Below are positions 51,719-64,000 of a stretch of DNA of 64,000 bases, in pieces. The position numbers and the translations under genes are program-made. A model generated the notes under the pieces. The model was not told the origin of the DNA, ran no database searches, and saw nothing but the letters and a program-made list of their open reading frames with translations. The stretch comes from Dipteris shenzhenensis (lineage: Eukaryota): assembly GCA_047967505.1 (NCBI GenBank), contig CM106538.1; one strand, written 5' to 3'. Position 1 is the first letter of the stretch. Every line of letters starts with the position of its first letter.

Positions 51719-53331
51719 CTTGTCCTTCCCAAGCATTTGTTTTCCTCTCTAGAGCTGCAAGTCTAAGCTTGTGCTCACGGATTTCCTGCTGTAAATAAAG
51801 AATATGCTCATGTGGATCTATCATGCTCAACATTCTCTTATGCTGTAGATAATTCTTTGCATATGGGGAGGGTGCCTTTGCAAACATGTAGGTGGGGGGA
51901 GGGGTGCAAAGGGAGGGCTGCGAGATGGAGGAGTATGAAGCTTTGGTTGGTGTCGAGGTAAACGCTTGACCTTGTGGAAAGCCATCGGTGTTTTGGCATC
52001 CCCATCCATGGTGGCCTGCGTGTATTTTGGCACCCCCTCAGATGTGATTGGAGTTGCACTTCCTTTGAGCAAAATTGTATGAGCGAGGTTTTATGAGCGA
52101 TTCAAGATTAGCAATACACACAAGGAGTGTTTAGTAGAGAAACTACCTTGGAAATCCATTCTATCTCTTCATTTCATTTTGGAGTGTTTAGAAAATTGCA
52201 ATTTGTCAGCTATTTCTAGATCATTTAGGAGTGTTTAGTAGAACAAACTTTATATATTGTCTATACTATCCAGTAAGTGTAATTAGAAAGCATGAAAAAC
52301 CAAGGCAAAATCAATGACCTAATAATTAAATACCACACTTCCATCAAACCATAGCATATTATATCTCCTCTCCATAGGGGTTTCTTATCACTTTTTGTGC
52401 TCTCATCAGAGGCTTCATCAATGAGATCAATGATTATTTCACTAAAAAGTGAAAAAGCTACTAAGACTAAATATACATTATGACTATTTTTATAATCTTA
52501 AAATTTAAATTTAGAATTTAAGACTCTAAATGATATAGTTTATAACTTATAACCTTATAGATGTGCTCAAATGATCTTTTTCATTCGTTTTGAGTGGCTA
52601 AATGACTTTGAATACGAAAGTTATGACATTTAAAAAAATGTTGTCCAAGATAGTTTCATCGACGAAACTGCCTTCAAAGGCTTCCTATAAATGGCTTTCT
52701 TTCAAGAAACCCCCATGAAGAGGGGTGATGAGAGTGTTTCTTCAAAGTCCAAAGTAGTTTCACTATGAAACTGCTTCCTTCAAATGAGTTTCTTTGGAGA
52801 AACCCCCCATAAAGAGGGGCTATGAGATGTTTTCTTCAAGTATACTCCCCTATCAAATAGGAGTTATAGCGGCTTTCCTATGAGAAAACCCACTCTACAC
52901 GTGTGTTTTTTAAAAATTCTTTCTATCCCAATATCCACCTTGCCTAACATCATTGTCATTGTTCTATCAGGTTCTCTATCTTTGTGCCAAGATTTATGGA
53001 TATAGTTTATTTGAGAAACAGGGTATTAGTGACATACCCTAATATGCCTTTTTTTGAAATAGAAATGTGACTTTTTTGTCCTCGCTTGGATGCTCAGAGG
53101 TTTTCGCTAAAAAAAGGACCACCCTCGTTGTGTCTCAACCCTAGGGTTGCTCAACCCAAACCCTGGAGCTAGGTGTGTCTTGGAGCGAACTCCCGCTCTG
53201 GTAATTCTCTCCTACAACGCTTGTACCGACTTGAAATGGGAATCTAGGAAGGTTGATTGACGGGCTGAACGGAGGGCAAGGCGATGGGATAGGCTAGGGT
53301 GAGCAATGGAGGGCTAGGCTGAGTGACAGGC

Positions 53332-53332
<1 letters not shown>

Positions 53333-53376
<44 letters not shown>

Positions 53377-54224
53377 TTAAAGTCTTCGAAAGACCGATGG
53401 GTCTATGAGACTGTGAGAAACGTAATACAAACAAGCTAAAAGGGGGTGGAGCTACTAAGCAAGCATCACCACCCATGCTACATGCTATATGCTACATAGT
53501 CATAAGAACATCAATATAGAGTCATAATATGATGTGAATATGGCCCTCCCCATCACCTTTGTCATCATATATCATCAAAGTACAAAACAAAATCTGGTCT
53601 AATATCATGGAGGACCCAACGATTGGTGGGACAATGGTAGAATAAAATAAGAGATAGGGTACTGTCGACTAACTGTGGGCGTTGCTTGGCATGATCTTGT
53701 GGCAGAGGCTCTGCGTCGGACCAAGGCTACAGTGTCCCCTGTCAGTCGGGCCTCGAGTGTCCCCTGTCAGTCGGGCCTCGACCTTGAACATAGAGGGGAT
53801 GCCTCCAAGTGTAATATGAGTGTCCGTCCTGTGCCAAATATATATTGTCGCTGTTTTCGGGTCTTGTTTGTGTTAGAGGCTTGTGGGGTGATAACTTGTG
53901 CGGTCCAGTTGGAAAAACTATGTGATCATGCTCTGAGAAGAGTCTGCCAGTTTGTCTTGTCCTTGTCTCTGTGATGTGAGTAACCACTCTCGATGTCTAA
54001 TTGCCTCATGGATGAACGCAGCCAAACATCTTTGGTTTGGGAAGTCGAGGAAGCGGAAAAGTAGCTTGCAGCTGTCTCTAAAGAGACTGCAAAAGCGGCC
54101 TCGGATCTTGTAGTATACTGGACATCTGAAGATGAATTGCTCCTCTAACTCAATCTTTTGTAGCTCACACAAAGTGCATATGTGCCTCTCCCTAGGTACT
54201 CCCTTAGCTCGCTCACTCTATCTT
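53333..54224 (-). mobile_element. 5'-truncated LINE of the same RTE-X/L2-like family, (TC)n tail
   Basis: CELQKIELEEQFIFRCPVYYKIRGRF..NQRCLAAFIHEAIRHRE. The 3' end cagtctcatagaccc..gtctttcgaagactttaataaa matches the 46247 copy. Confidence 0.92.
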
Positions 54225-54329
54225 CCGTTTATTTCCGTTGCGTTGCTCACACAGACGGCTTACTTTGAATCATCTGTGACAACATGAGAACATGAGAACT
54301 TGGAGACGCTCCACCCAAGCCCACTCTAC

Positions 54330-54331
<2 letters not shown>

Positions 54332-54366
<35 letters not shown>

Positions 54367-54385
54367 TATGAGACTAAAGGGTTTG

Positions 54386-54416
<31 letters not shown>

Positions 54417-55730
54417 GAGTCTATGAGACTGAAGGGTTTATGAGACTAAAGGGTCTATGAAAACGAAAGGAAATTTGATACAATGAGCTATGAGACGAAA
54501 GGGTCTATGAGGCTAAAGATGAAAGGGTCTATGAGAGTCGAGACTAAAGGAAATTTGATACAATGAGCTCAAGGGTGGAGCCTCTAAGCAAGTATCAACA
54601 CCCATGATGAATACAAACAAAACCCACAATCATAAAGATACTAATACATAGAGAGGGATCACTGAGCTCATTGTGAGGATGGAGGATTGGTGGCACCGTG
54701 GTGGTCATCTGGGAAGTTGACGGAGATGTCAAGCCTAGGATGGGATGGACGATGTGCGAGGCTGCTGTTGCGGCATAACACCTGTGATGTAGCGCTAACG
54801 GCTGTCAGCCTGTGTGGTCCGTTGTGGTCTCCTAGCTATGGCCCTGTGACCAGTGCCACTGTTACTCTGGTTGGTTCTGCCTACGATCTGGTGAGCATGG
54901 AGGGAAGCTCTCCCAATCGGATATGTGCCTCGATTTGCTTGTGAGTTTGACGTGTCTCTCACTCTGGTCCTTGGATCACTCTGATCTGAGCCCTGTTGGT
55001 TGGTGATGGCTGACTAGAAAAACTCAGGGATCATGCTTTGAGTGGGATCTGGCTGTGCATCTTGATCTCACCTACGGGTCTTGAGCAAATGCTGCTTGTG
55101 TTGGACGGCCTCATGGATGAAAGCTGCTAGGCATTTCTAATGTGGGTAGGATAGGAAACCAAATAGGCATCTGAAACCATCCTTGAAGAGGTATTGATTG
55201 CAACGTTTGATCTCATAGGGGCATTTGAAAGCGAAATGCTTCTCCGACTTGATCTCCTGATGATCACATAGTGTGCAGATGCGACCCTCTCTAGGAATGC
55301 CCTCTGCCCGTCCACTCTCAATATGATGTTGGTTTAAATGAGACGTGGAACTGCCAGATCGATATCCTCAGGGAGTAGGGGAAGTGGATCTCTGTGTATC
55401 CTGGTGGATCAATGAAGCCCTCTGGTGAAATCAGCAAGCAATGGTCTCTATGAAAACTGGGCTTCACAAGGAGCTCACGGGGTGCCAACCAGGTCCTAAC
55501 TGTGTGTACTAGATGGTTCACCTCTTGATATGTGAGCGGGACGGAGGGGGCCTATACTGTACTACAAGGGGGGGAGGGGGTAATCTAATCCACTTGCATG
55601 TATGTGCATCTCAGTACCTTTGGTCACCCTCGGCTACTAGTGCCATGGATGAGGATAGGGCGAACCATGGTAGCTTGTGTCATCTTGCAATGCAAGGGCC
55701 ATCCTCCCTGATGCAGTAGAGATAATGAGA
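54332..55730 (-). mobile_element. Older 5'-truncated LINE of the same family, with reiterated 3' end
   Basis: VRTWL..VKPSFHRDH..EGFIDPPGYTEIHFPYSLRISIWQFHVS matches the 47742 ORF. The (TC)n tail is interleaved with repeated gtctcatagac units. Confidence 0.88.
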
Positions 55731-56698
55731 GGGACCCTCCTATGTTTTTCCATTGTGCCCCCCCCCTCCCCACCTACCCCCCCACACACACACACACACA
55801 GAGATTGGGGGGGGGGGGGGGGGTTGAAGTCATCAAAATAGTCTCTAGATATGCTAAAGCATTCAAATTGTTTGAAGTAGATTTGTCAACCTCTGTAGCA
55901 ATGTGTCGGCTTCAAGATTGATATAATGTGCATGTTGCAAATAGGTCAGAGATGATTGCAGGGAATCAAATTGAGGACACCCTAAGTCATGTGACAAATT
56001 TGTTCAGAGATGCACACCTTGTTAGCCAAAGGAGCTGCTTATGCAGCTCTTTTCCCCAGAGATAAAGCAGTGAGGCTCTTTAGATGGTGATTGTTAGCAT
56101 TTCTTTTTCTTTCAGTTTCTTTCAGAGAATAATATGAAGTGGCATTACACACCTTCTCATTTCTTTTTACAGATGTAGATCATAGGGACCCTCTGTTTTC
56201 CTATTTTGGCCCTTCCAGATTTTCCATTTTGGCCCTTCCAGAGTGTGTGTGTTGTAGCTCCGTTCTTTACAGGGTAGGGACATGTCCCTACTTGCTTGGT
56301 ATGTGATTTTCCAAGAAAATGGACCCTTGTATGTGGATTTATCACAAGGAACAATAGATTTGGCACTACTGTATCTCAAAACTTATGAGACAGATATTCC
56401 AAACCAGAGTAGGCTCCCGTAGAAACAGGTAAATAGTAGATAGACAGGAAGTGTGTGATATGTGGACTTACTAGCCAGAAGCTGGCTCTTTTGCTATTAT
56501 AAATTTATACTGCAGATCACATCGGTTGTATGGGAAACATCAATTCATAAAATCCCATATGATTCTTACGAAAGCAATTCTAAAGCTCACAGTCTGTAAC
56601 TGCTTGTGAGAGTAAACATGTTCGATTATGTTGGGTTGGTACTAGTAAGGCCTCAAATGTCTGCTACTTCACTAATTTTGTTATCTTATTTATTTCAG

Positions 56699-56770
56699 TT
56701 CAACTCAAAGATTGAGGCAAGGTTGAGTGCCAAGGAAGCTGAAAAAAGTCAAGCTGAAGCAAAAACACAG
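56699..56770 (+). CDS. WVD2-like protein, exon 6
   Basis: ttcag|FNSKIEARLSAKEAEKSQAEAKTQ|gtact, the KLEEK-domain exon. Confidence 0.93.
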
Positions 56771-57197
56771 GTACTCCTTACACAGACCTGTCACTTGAAC
56801 AAAGGCATGTCTCATATCTTACTAAGTCAATAATATTATTTGTTCCAAAAAGATACAAAGGATGTGGAACAAGGAGGTATGCCACCTCTTCATGAAAATG
56901 AGTAATAAGATAAATAAACAAAATTGTGGATGGACCATATTGATTGCTGAATTCATTGCAACGGATGACCAATTGAAGGATGGCTTTGGGGTTTTTTAAG
57001 GCCTTCTCAAGAAGTGTCCAAATGACCAATCCTTATCACTGTGGCTGGTCGCTGGATAACTTGTAGACACTTGTAGACCAACGGCATGCCGTTCCCTGTT
57101 TAAGCTGCTCCAGGAAATTGCCTTGAGATGGCCAGACATTTAAATTCCAACAGTTCTTATGTAATAAATGCAAATTTCATTGTGGAAATTTACCCAG

Positions 57198-57314
57198 GAG
57201 GAGGCAGAGGAAGAGATCAAACAGCTTCGGAAGAGCCTAAAATTTAAAGCCACGCCAATGCCTAACTTCTATCAGGAATCCACACAGCCAAAGTCGGATG
57301 CCAAGAAAATCGGG
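57198..57314 (+). CDS. WVD2-like protein, exon 7
   Basis: ccag|[39 protein letters not shown]|gtattg, the TPX2 core. Confidence 0.93.
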
Positions 57315-57421
57315 GTATTGCTTATTCCGCTTTGATTGTATGGCTACCATCTGGTTTATTGTTAGTGAATGTGTTGCTGGTTTGACTTCACTATGATATT
57401 AACTGTGCATATTATATGCAG

Positions 57422-58237
57422 ATACCCACAACTCGTGCAAAGTCCCCAAAGCTGGGAAGAAAAAGCAGTGGTATTGCAGGCGAAAATGATTCAATTTCAG
57501 CTGTACCAAGTCCAGTGTCTATACTAAAGCAGGTCAAGGGTAGCACTCCCTCCCAACAGAATTCTGCAAAGTTGGCAGAGAGACCTAATGATGCTCTTCC
57601 GTCCAGAATTGCATCGGTTACAGCAAAGAAGACCACTAAAAAGTCATGTAAAACAACGTTGCAGGCCGAGAACCCAAAGCCTGTTGGTGCTAGACTAGAT
57701 GCAGAGAACCATTCAAGCAGCCCTGTTTCTTGCCCTTGTGATAACCACAGGGAAAAGACATGCAGCTTGTCAGAATCTGCCTCTCTTGATGTCCCTGATG
57801 ACAGTTCAAATAGAGCTGCTATTGAGTCTGCTGCAAATGGTACAGTGCAAGCAAACGGGGATCACTTGGCTGAAAGCTCTGCAGCTGATATCAAATCCAT
57901 TGATTCAAAAAGGGCTGCCCAATCTCCAAACAAAGAAACTTCTTTGAAAGGACTCCAGGATAAACTGCAAGATTCATCAAGCAACATACCTAGCAAAAGG
58001 AAAGGGAATGAAGATGCAGCTGCAATGCAGTCTGGCAATCATGTCGCAACAGCTAGACCAAAGAAGGATCTGCATCAGCAAAATGGAGAACCAGGGGGAA
58101 AAAGAAAAGTGGAAGTCACACAGAGAAGGGAGCGCACCAAAAGTTCTACTTCTACCGTTGCCAATTCAAAAAGAGACCAAATAGATAGTGGATCTAAGCT
58201 CTCTGTGAAGAATAGTGAGGAGGCAGTCTTGGCATAA
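57422..58237 (+). CDS. WVD2-like protein, last exon
   Basis: tgcag|IPTTRAKSPKLGR...EEAVLA*. IPTTRAKSPKLGR is the conserved end of the TPX2 domain. Confidence 0.93.
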   Translation: MPTTRAKSPKLGRKSSGIAGENDSISAVPSPVSILKQVKGSTPSQQNSAKLAERPNDALPSRIASVTAKKTTKKSCKTTLQAENPKPVGARLDAENHSSSPVSCPCDNHREKTCSLSESASLDVPDDSSNRAAIESAANGTVQANGDHLAESSAADIKSIDSKRAAQSPNKETSLKGLQDKLQDSSSNIPSKRKGNEDAAAMQSGNHVATARPKKDLHQQNGEPGGKRKVEVTQRRERTKSSTSTVANSKRDQIDSGSKLSVKNSEEAVLA

Positions 58238-59849
58238 AAATGACATAGGAAGTGATTATTATTCTAAAGGTCATTTAAGTAAGATTCCATGCGAGGAGTT
58301 TTGCCAGTGGAAGCCATGTCTGAGAAATTCCTCTCTCTCATGGCTGCTAGAGGTGTCTGACCGGTTCTTTGTGGCATATTAATGGTCAGGTTTCTTCCCC
58401 AACATTTGTTCATAGACTACATGATGTTGAGAGGCTTCGATGATTGCAAAAGCTAGGCTCATCTAGCTGCTTGATTTATCCGAGGTATGTAAGTTTAGAA
58501 ATTCAATAGGCTGTCTTAAACATTGCCCTTATAATGTGCTCCACATGGATACAGAATGGTGTTTGGTCCAGCCTTATCAAACACTGGACGTGGTTGTACT
58601 AGAGAAATTGGTTAAGAACAATTGTGCGTCCAGTTATATTCAAATCATCTGTTGTAAATAATAGCTGTAGCAGAAGAGCGAGTCAAATGAAGCAGCAACA
58701 ATTGTTTCCTGCCCTGCTTTAGCTTCATCTCTGCAATGACGTCTTATGCTATTCCTAACAATAAATACCACCATCTCTTCAACTCTCGTCATTGCATTTG
58801 TTATGTTTGCATGCAAATAGATCTCTTTAATTTTTTAGATATTTATCAAGAATTAAGAAACATAAAGGGTTTTGTCAAGCCTTAAAATTATACAGATCTG
58901 TTGCTTTAATGAACTGTGGGGTTAGACATGGTGTTTTCGCAGCAGGCATGCAGATATATATATTTATGTTTCTGTCCTGAAGCAGTGCTCGTAGATTCTT
59001 TCTGCCATTTTGGAAACAATTCTATTCTTCTTAAACCTAGTTGGCAATGTTCTGTGGGTCCCTTATTCAAATGCTAGAAAGAGTGACTACTTACGTCTCA
59101 ATTATGTGTGTGTGTGTGTGAGAGAGAGTGACCAGGACGAATTGGCAACTGTAGCAGTGTGTGTAAGATACCTCTGTAAGGAAACATCTGCACTTTATAC
59201 TTGATCTCTTTTTGAGGGTGGAAGTAGGAAAACTTGAGTGCAGTTTAAGAAAATGAATGAGAAGACCAAAGCTGAGAAAATTAATGTGACTAGCCCAAGT
59301 CAATGAAGAGGTTGCACGAAAATTTGTGAGGAGGGGAAATGCCCAATCCTCTAGCATCTGATGGTATTGAATGTTTTGCCATCGCTGAAATCTAGGAGCA
59401 AAGCAAAAGGACTAATTGTGTTTGACCTACTCTAGAATTTTCAATGTGTTGGTGTAGTTGAACTCCCAAAGATTTTCATATCATTGGAGGCTCTATGAAA
59501 TATATGCTTAAACAACTTGTAGATTATGTCCTCGTTTTGAAGAGAAGTAAGAAATTACTTGGTACCACAAAATGTCTTATTGTCACTGGCACTGTCACTT
59601 GTATGGTCTTTCTCGAGCAATGATCATGTTTTGCTCCAGAAAATGAGCAATGATCATGTTTGTTCAAGAAGCCAACTAAGGTAAGTACAATAAGGGGAAC
59701 ACCATCCACAAGACCATTTGCCAAGGGGAGCTTATGCAACCTATGGGATATCAAACACGCCTCCAATAATCCGAAACATGGATTTCAATGCTGAAAATAT
59801 GAACAGAACATCTAACGAAAAATAAAAATTTGCCATGAAGTCTAGAGGA

Positions 59850-62800
59850 AAATCCTACAATGATCTTGAGTATATATAGATCAAGTATAATCTTGTAAAG
59901 GTATCAAGTATATATATGATCTTGAGTATATAGATCAAGTATTATCTTGTAAAGGTATCATATGCCTTGAAGCACATATCAAATTTAACCAACCGACAAC
60001 CAAAATTTTGAAGAGGCACGTGATAATGGTGGGTGATTGTGAGAACAATGTTCCTTGCAATGTTCTAGGTTGCTAAACTCTTGATAAAATCCCAAACATT
60101 GTCTAGGTTGCTTAACTCTTGATAAGGTCCCAAACATTGTCGTAGGGTGGGAGCAAACGGTAAGGTGAGAAAAGGAAACCCTTCGAGAGCATAATTAAAG
60201 CATTAGAATGAATGTACCAAGCATGCATGGAAGCAAATCATGATGACGTGAAGGGTCATCTTGAATAAGCCAAACATAGGACTTTTGAGATTTGTGATTG
60301 CAATTGGCATCATGGTGAGTTAGGAGAAGCATTTAATGCTTTTCAAGTACCCACATGACTCCATGAATATGCAACTTCAAATAGGGATGCATCTTTGTTG
60401 GGACGATTTTGAGGAAAATGATGCCAAACTAATGACCAATAGCATTCAAATGTCCCGAACTCGATGGACAAGATCTAATCTATAGGATGCCATTTTAAGT
60501 GTCTTTTTGGTCGATGTATCTTGGTTATCATGAACAAGGAGAGGAGAGGAAGTGCAATTACGCAACATCAACTCACTAGGCTCTTTCAAGATTAATGACC
60601 TTGTTGAAGTCTTGGGTCACAAGAAAGGTGTCCAACATCATCTTAAGTCTTGATAAGTGATTAGTTGTCAATGAAGGTTACCAAACTTTTTCTTGAAGGA
60701 AAAATAAAAGGAAATGGAGTATCTTGGAAATCCATGAAAAGTCTACTATGTCATCAAGATTGGGTTTCATGAGAAAAGAAAACTAGAAAGGAACATACAT
60801 CAAGAAGCGACAACTTACCACACCAACCAAATGTATAGCAATGGTATGTAACTCAAAATTATAGTAGACATTACTTGGTCAATCTCTACTCAATGTATAG
60901 CAATGTTATGTAACTCACAATTATACTAGACATTACTTGGTCAATCTCTACTCCATGACAATCAATTGCATGTGTAAAACTAGTAAGATAAGAAAGTAGC
61001 CTATCTCTAGGTGCTAAGAGATGTTCCAAGACCACTATCAATTAACCACAAGCCTTATGACCAAGTTATACTTAGTGATTGATCTCATCTTGTATATATG
61101 AAAGTGTACATGACCTATTAAAATTTTGACATAAGCTATTAAAATAGAACTACTTTAGTGATTGTTCTCATCTTGTGTATATGAAAGTGTGCATGAAAGT
61201 TCTAATAGAAGTTGACCTTGAACTTAAAGAACAATAGGCATAAAGGGTAGCGAGTGAAGGTATGAGTAAATCCATCAAAAACCAAGACACCATTTGCCAA
61301 GAAGCAAGGAGAGTAGTATTAACAACAATATCCAAGGAGTTGCTTCCATGGATGGCCCCTTGGAGTATAGGTGCACATGAGTAATGCAAGCATATGCATC
61401 ATCGACTCCTTATAAGCTACAAAAATTCAAGAACTCTGAAGCAAGAAGATAATATATTCATCAAGTCATATAACAACACCTAGAACCCTGTGCCAATAAC
61501 AGATGCAATAACTATCAACCCCTTTCCAGTCTTTGCAAAGGAGATAACTTTTGATATAAAAGTCGGATTGATGCTTTGTAAAAACACAAATTGTAGCTCT
61601 CAATATGATATACAAATTTTTAAAAGAAAGAATAAAAAAATTTGACATCTAGCTTCATATATAGTCTTTACAACACTCGCCTGTCTAAAAAACAACATCC
61701 CACAACTCTCTTTTGCCAAGAAGTGATTCAAAATAGCCTTGAGACCTCACAAATAGCCTCCTTCCAAAATAACACAACTATCCTTCCTTTTGGGTGCTCC
61801 CAATGGCTTCAAAATCAGCCCTCCATGCAAAAAAACGACCTTAGATGTATTTTTAGTTGACCTACACCCATGCAACCTTTGCTTTTTTGATTTTGGCTGA
61901 AGATGTCTCCAACTAAACTGCAGGATCACATGTAGCTAACCCAACCTAGCCTACATGTACCTAATAGTGCTAATAACACCTACATACTAGTGCTTTTACG
62001 TGTGAAATATACAAAGTGTGTGATATTTACAATGATTTCTTGGTCTCCAAAAATAGGCACATCATTGCCAATGTAGACGTTATTAGCTTTGAGAAGAAGG
62101 GAAAAAATACTAGAATATTAGCCTCAACTTTGTGATCACAAAGATTTCCAGTTAAGCCCTTTGCATGAAACTTTTCCATCTATGCTAGCCTAGTCTGACT
62201 TTAGTGATGTACAACCATTACATGTATGCATGGATTTTGATTCCATTTACTATCACAATAGATGATGCAAATACATTATAGGAGTTCAACAATGATGATG
62301 TAGATTTGCAGAGAAGCCCTCAATATGAGGATACATCTCTAGGAGCATGAAAGAATACATGCCTTAGTGCATGCAAATCCTCAAGAAATTTTATTCTAGC
62401 ATCCATGACTTTCACCATGGAGCAGATCGTGTCTTGGGCTTAGGTTCTAATAACCCAGATCAACAGAACACTCATTAGGACATCTTAGCATTGAATTAGT
62501 TATGCCACACTGTATCACACTTGGATTCAGTTTAGCACCACTTCTTTAGATGTCCAAATCATTCCTCAGCATGAAAATGTTTATGCGTCAATAGAGTCAT
62601 GTCCTAGTGCAACATATATTATCAGGTTTGGCCATAGAGCAACTTAGCGAGCCTTAGTATCACTATGCACTTATGGTTGCTGTACATAGTCCATGCTTGA
62701 TGTAGATTAGTGCTGGATGCAAGACTTTAGATCTATCTCAATAGCACCATTCAGCTCACATTCCTCGGGGATACCTTATACCTTTTTAATTGTATATCAA

Positions 62801-64000
62801 GTTTCTAAGCCTTCTTGCTGTTAGCTCCTTTTGATAATCCTATGGGAAATGTTACAGTTGATGCCGATGATGTTCAACCATGTACGCAATAGAAAATTAC
62901 ATATATATATAGGTTTAATAAGCTTCCATGATAGTTAACATACAAGTTTGGTAGGCTACGATGCCTCGTTAATTTTTTTGGCCCCTTCATTAAAGCATAG
63001 TAACCTATGGCCCCTTCTTTTATGCAACTCTTTGATCACTTTGTCCACAGTGACTATGTGATCTTTTATGATCCTTCATCCTATGACAAATATTACTCTA
63101 CTATAGCATACCTTAGGTAGTGCTATTAGTTCTTTTGGGATGGTGACATCCTTGTTTCTCACAACATTCTAGATAACATCCTCTCCATTTTATGTAGATC
63201 ATCTTCACACTCCATAGTGACTTAGGACATGTTTAGCCTTAGCTCAACCATCTGCAACATGCAATCCTTCACACAATCATTGATTGATCAAATAGTCTTT
63301 GATCCAAGAGAACTTCTTTCTTTTTGGTATTCTTTCCCCTTTCTTTGGACATTTTATGGGTATTATTCCCAAATAGGAAGGATGACATACAACTTAAGAG
63401 GGGGAATTGAAGGTTAAGTTGTACAAGATATATACAATGCAAAGACTTCCATTGTATAATCATTACGCTCACACATGCACATGTTACTATGATATTTTTA
63501 GTTTTTCTTTTTTAGTCTTGGTTGCATCATATGCACTAGAAAATCCAAAAAGAGATCTTGTACATGCACCCTCTTCTTGTGTAGTGAATTTAAGAGGAGG
63601 TATTAAGGATAATGTAAATTACAATATTGTAGAGATGACTATAAGGGCATAAGGACTATCCCTAACCCTAATCCAAAGGGGTAGAGAACTATATATGAAT
63701 TATCATGTTTAATGCAACATAGTGTACAATTAGTCATGTCTTGTGCACTGTTCTCTCTCTCCCCCAAAACCTCCAACAACTTTGTAGCATATTTAGTAAC
63801 ATCTTCTCATTTTAGAGGGAGGTATTAGCCCTTGGAACTTCTTTATCTTGCATTTCATAAGGCTTATGATGGCAAGGTGGGGGACTAGGACTTCTTGAAA
63901 GGAATTGTCTACCAATGGGGATGTTAACGCTTTGAGAAAAATTTTGTGAGCAAAATAATTCTTTAAGAAAATTTTGCCAATTTTAGTGTGCTTGACATTG
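59850..64000 (+). mobile_element. Heavily decayed LTR-retrotransposon debris with short tandem duplications and several PPT-like/LTR-start junctions
   Basis: ttaagagggggaattg (about 63393), ttaagaggaggtatta (about 63590) and tttagagggaggtatta (about 63812). Short duplications at about 59860-59960, 60060-60140 and 60830-60953. Confidence 0.4.

Noticed and set aside
52378-52418. Minus-strand CTGATGA...GAAA hammerhead-like core
   Set aside because: Stem II closing pair, stem III and the cleavage triplet cannot be formed.
55758-55823. Poly-C/(CA)n followed by poly-G
   Set aside because: Low-complexity runs at a LINE boundary with no evidence of function.
63660-63672. ccctaaccctaa telomere-like motif
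   Set aside because: Only two units; not an array.

Overview
Land-plant nuclear DNA. A fern or other seed-free vascular plant is likely, inferred from the long TE-filled introns and the LINE family present. Two host genes lie on the + strand. The first is the last three coding exons of a ZMAT2/Snu23 spliceosomal zinc-finger gene (1685-3794). The second is a complete TPX2-domain microtubule-associated WVD2-like (WDL7-type) gene of about 840 aa, spread over about 27.5 kb (30718-58237), with one U12-type (minor spliceosome) intron. Most of the rest is transposon debris: Copia elements and solo LTRs (including a gag-only element with two LTRs), Gypsy LTR/integrase remnants, an L1-like fragment, four copies of an RTE-X/L2-like LINE with microsatellite tails, probable DNA transposon remnants, local tandem duplications and a long (GA)n tract. 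The most unusual item is at about 290-1565 (-), inside a ZMAT2 intron: a decayed reading frame whose motifs line up in order with a totivirus (ScV-L-A-type) capsid protein, directly joined to a LINE 3' fragment. It is a candidate LINE-mediated endogenous dsRNA-virus sequence. All homology calls were made by eye from recalled sequences and need database confirmation.
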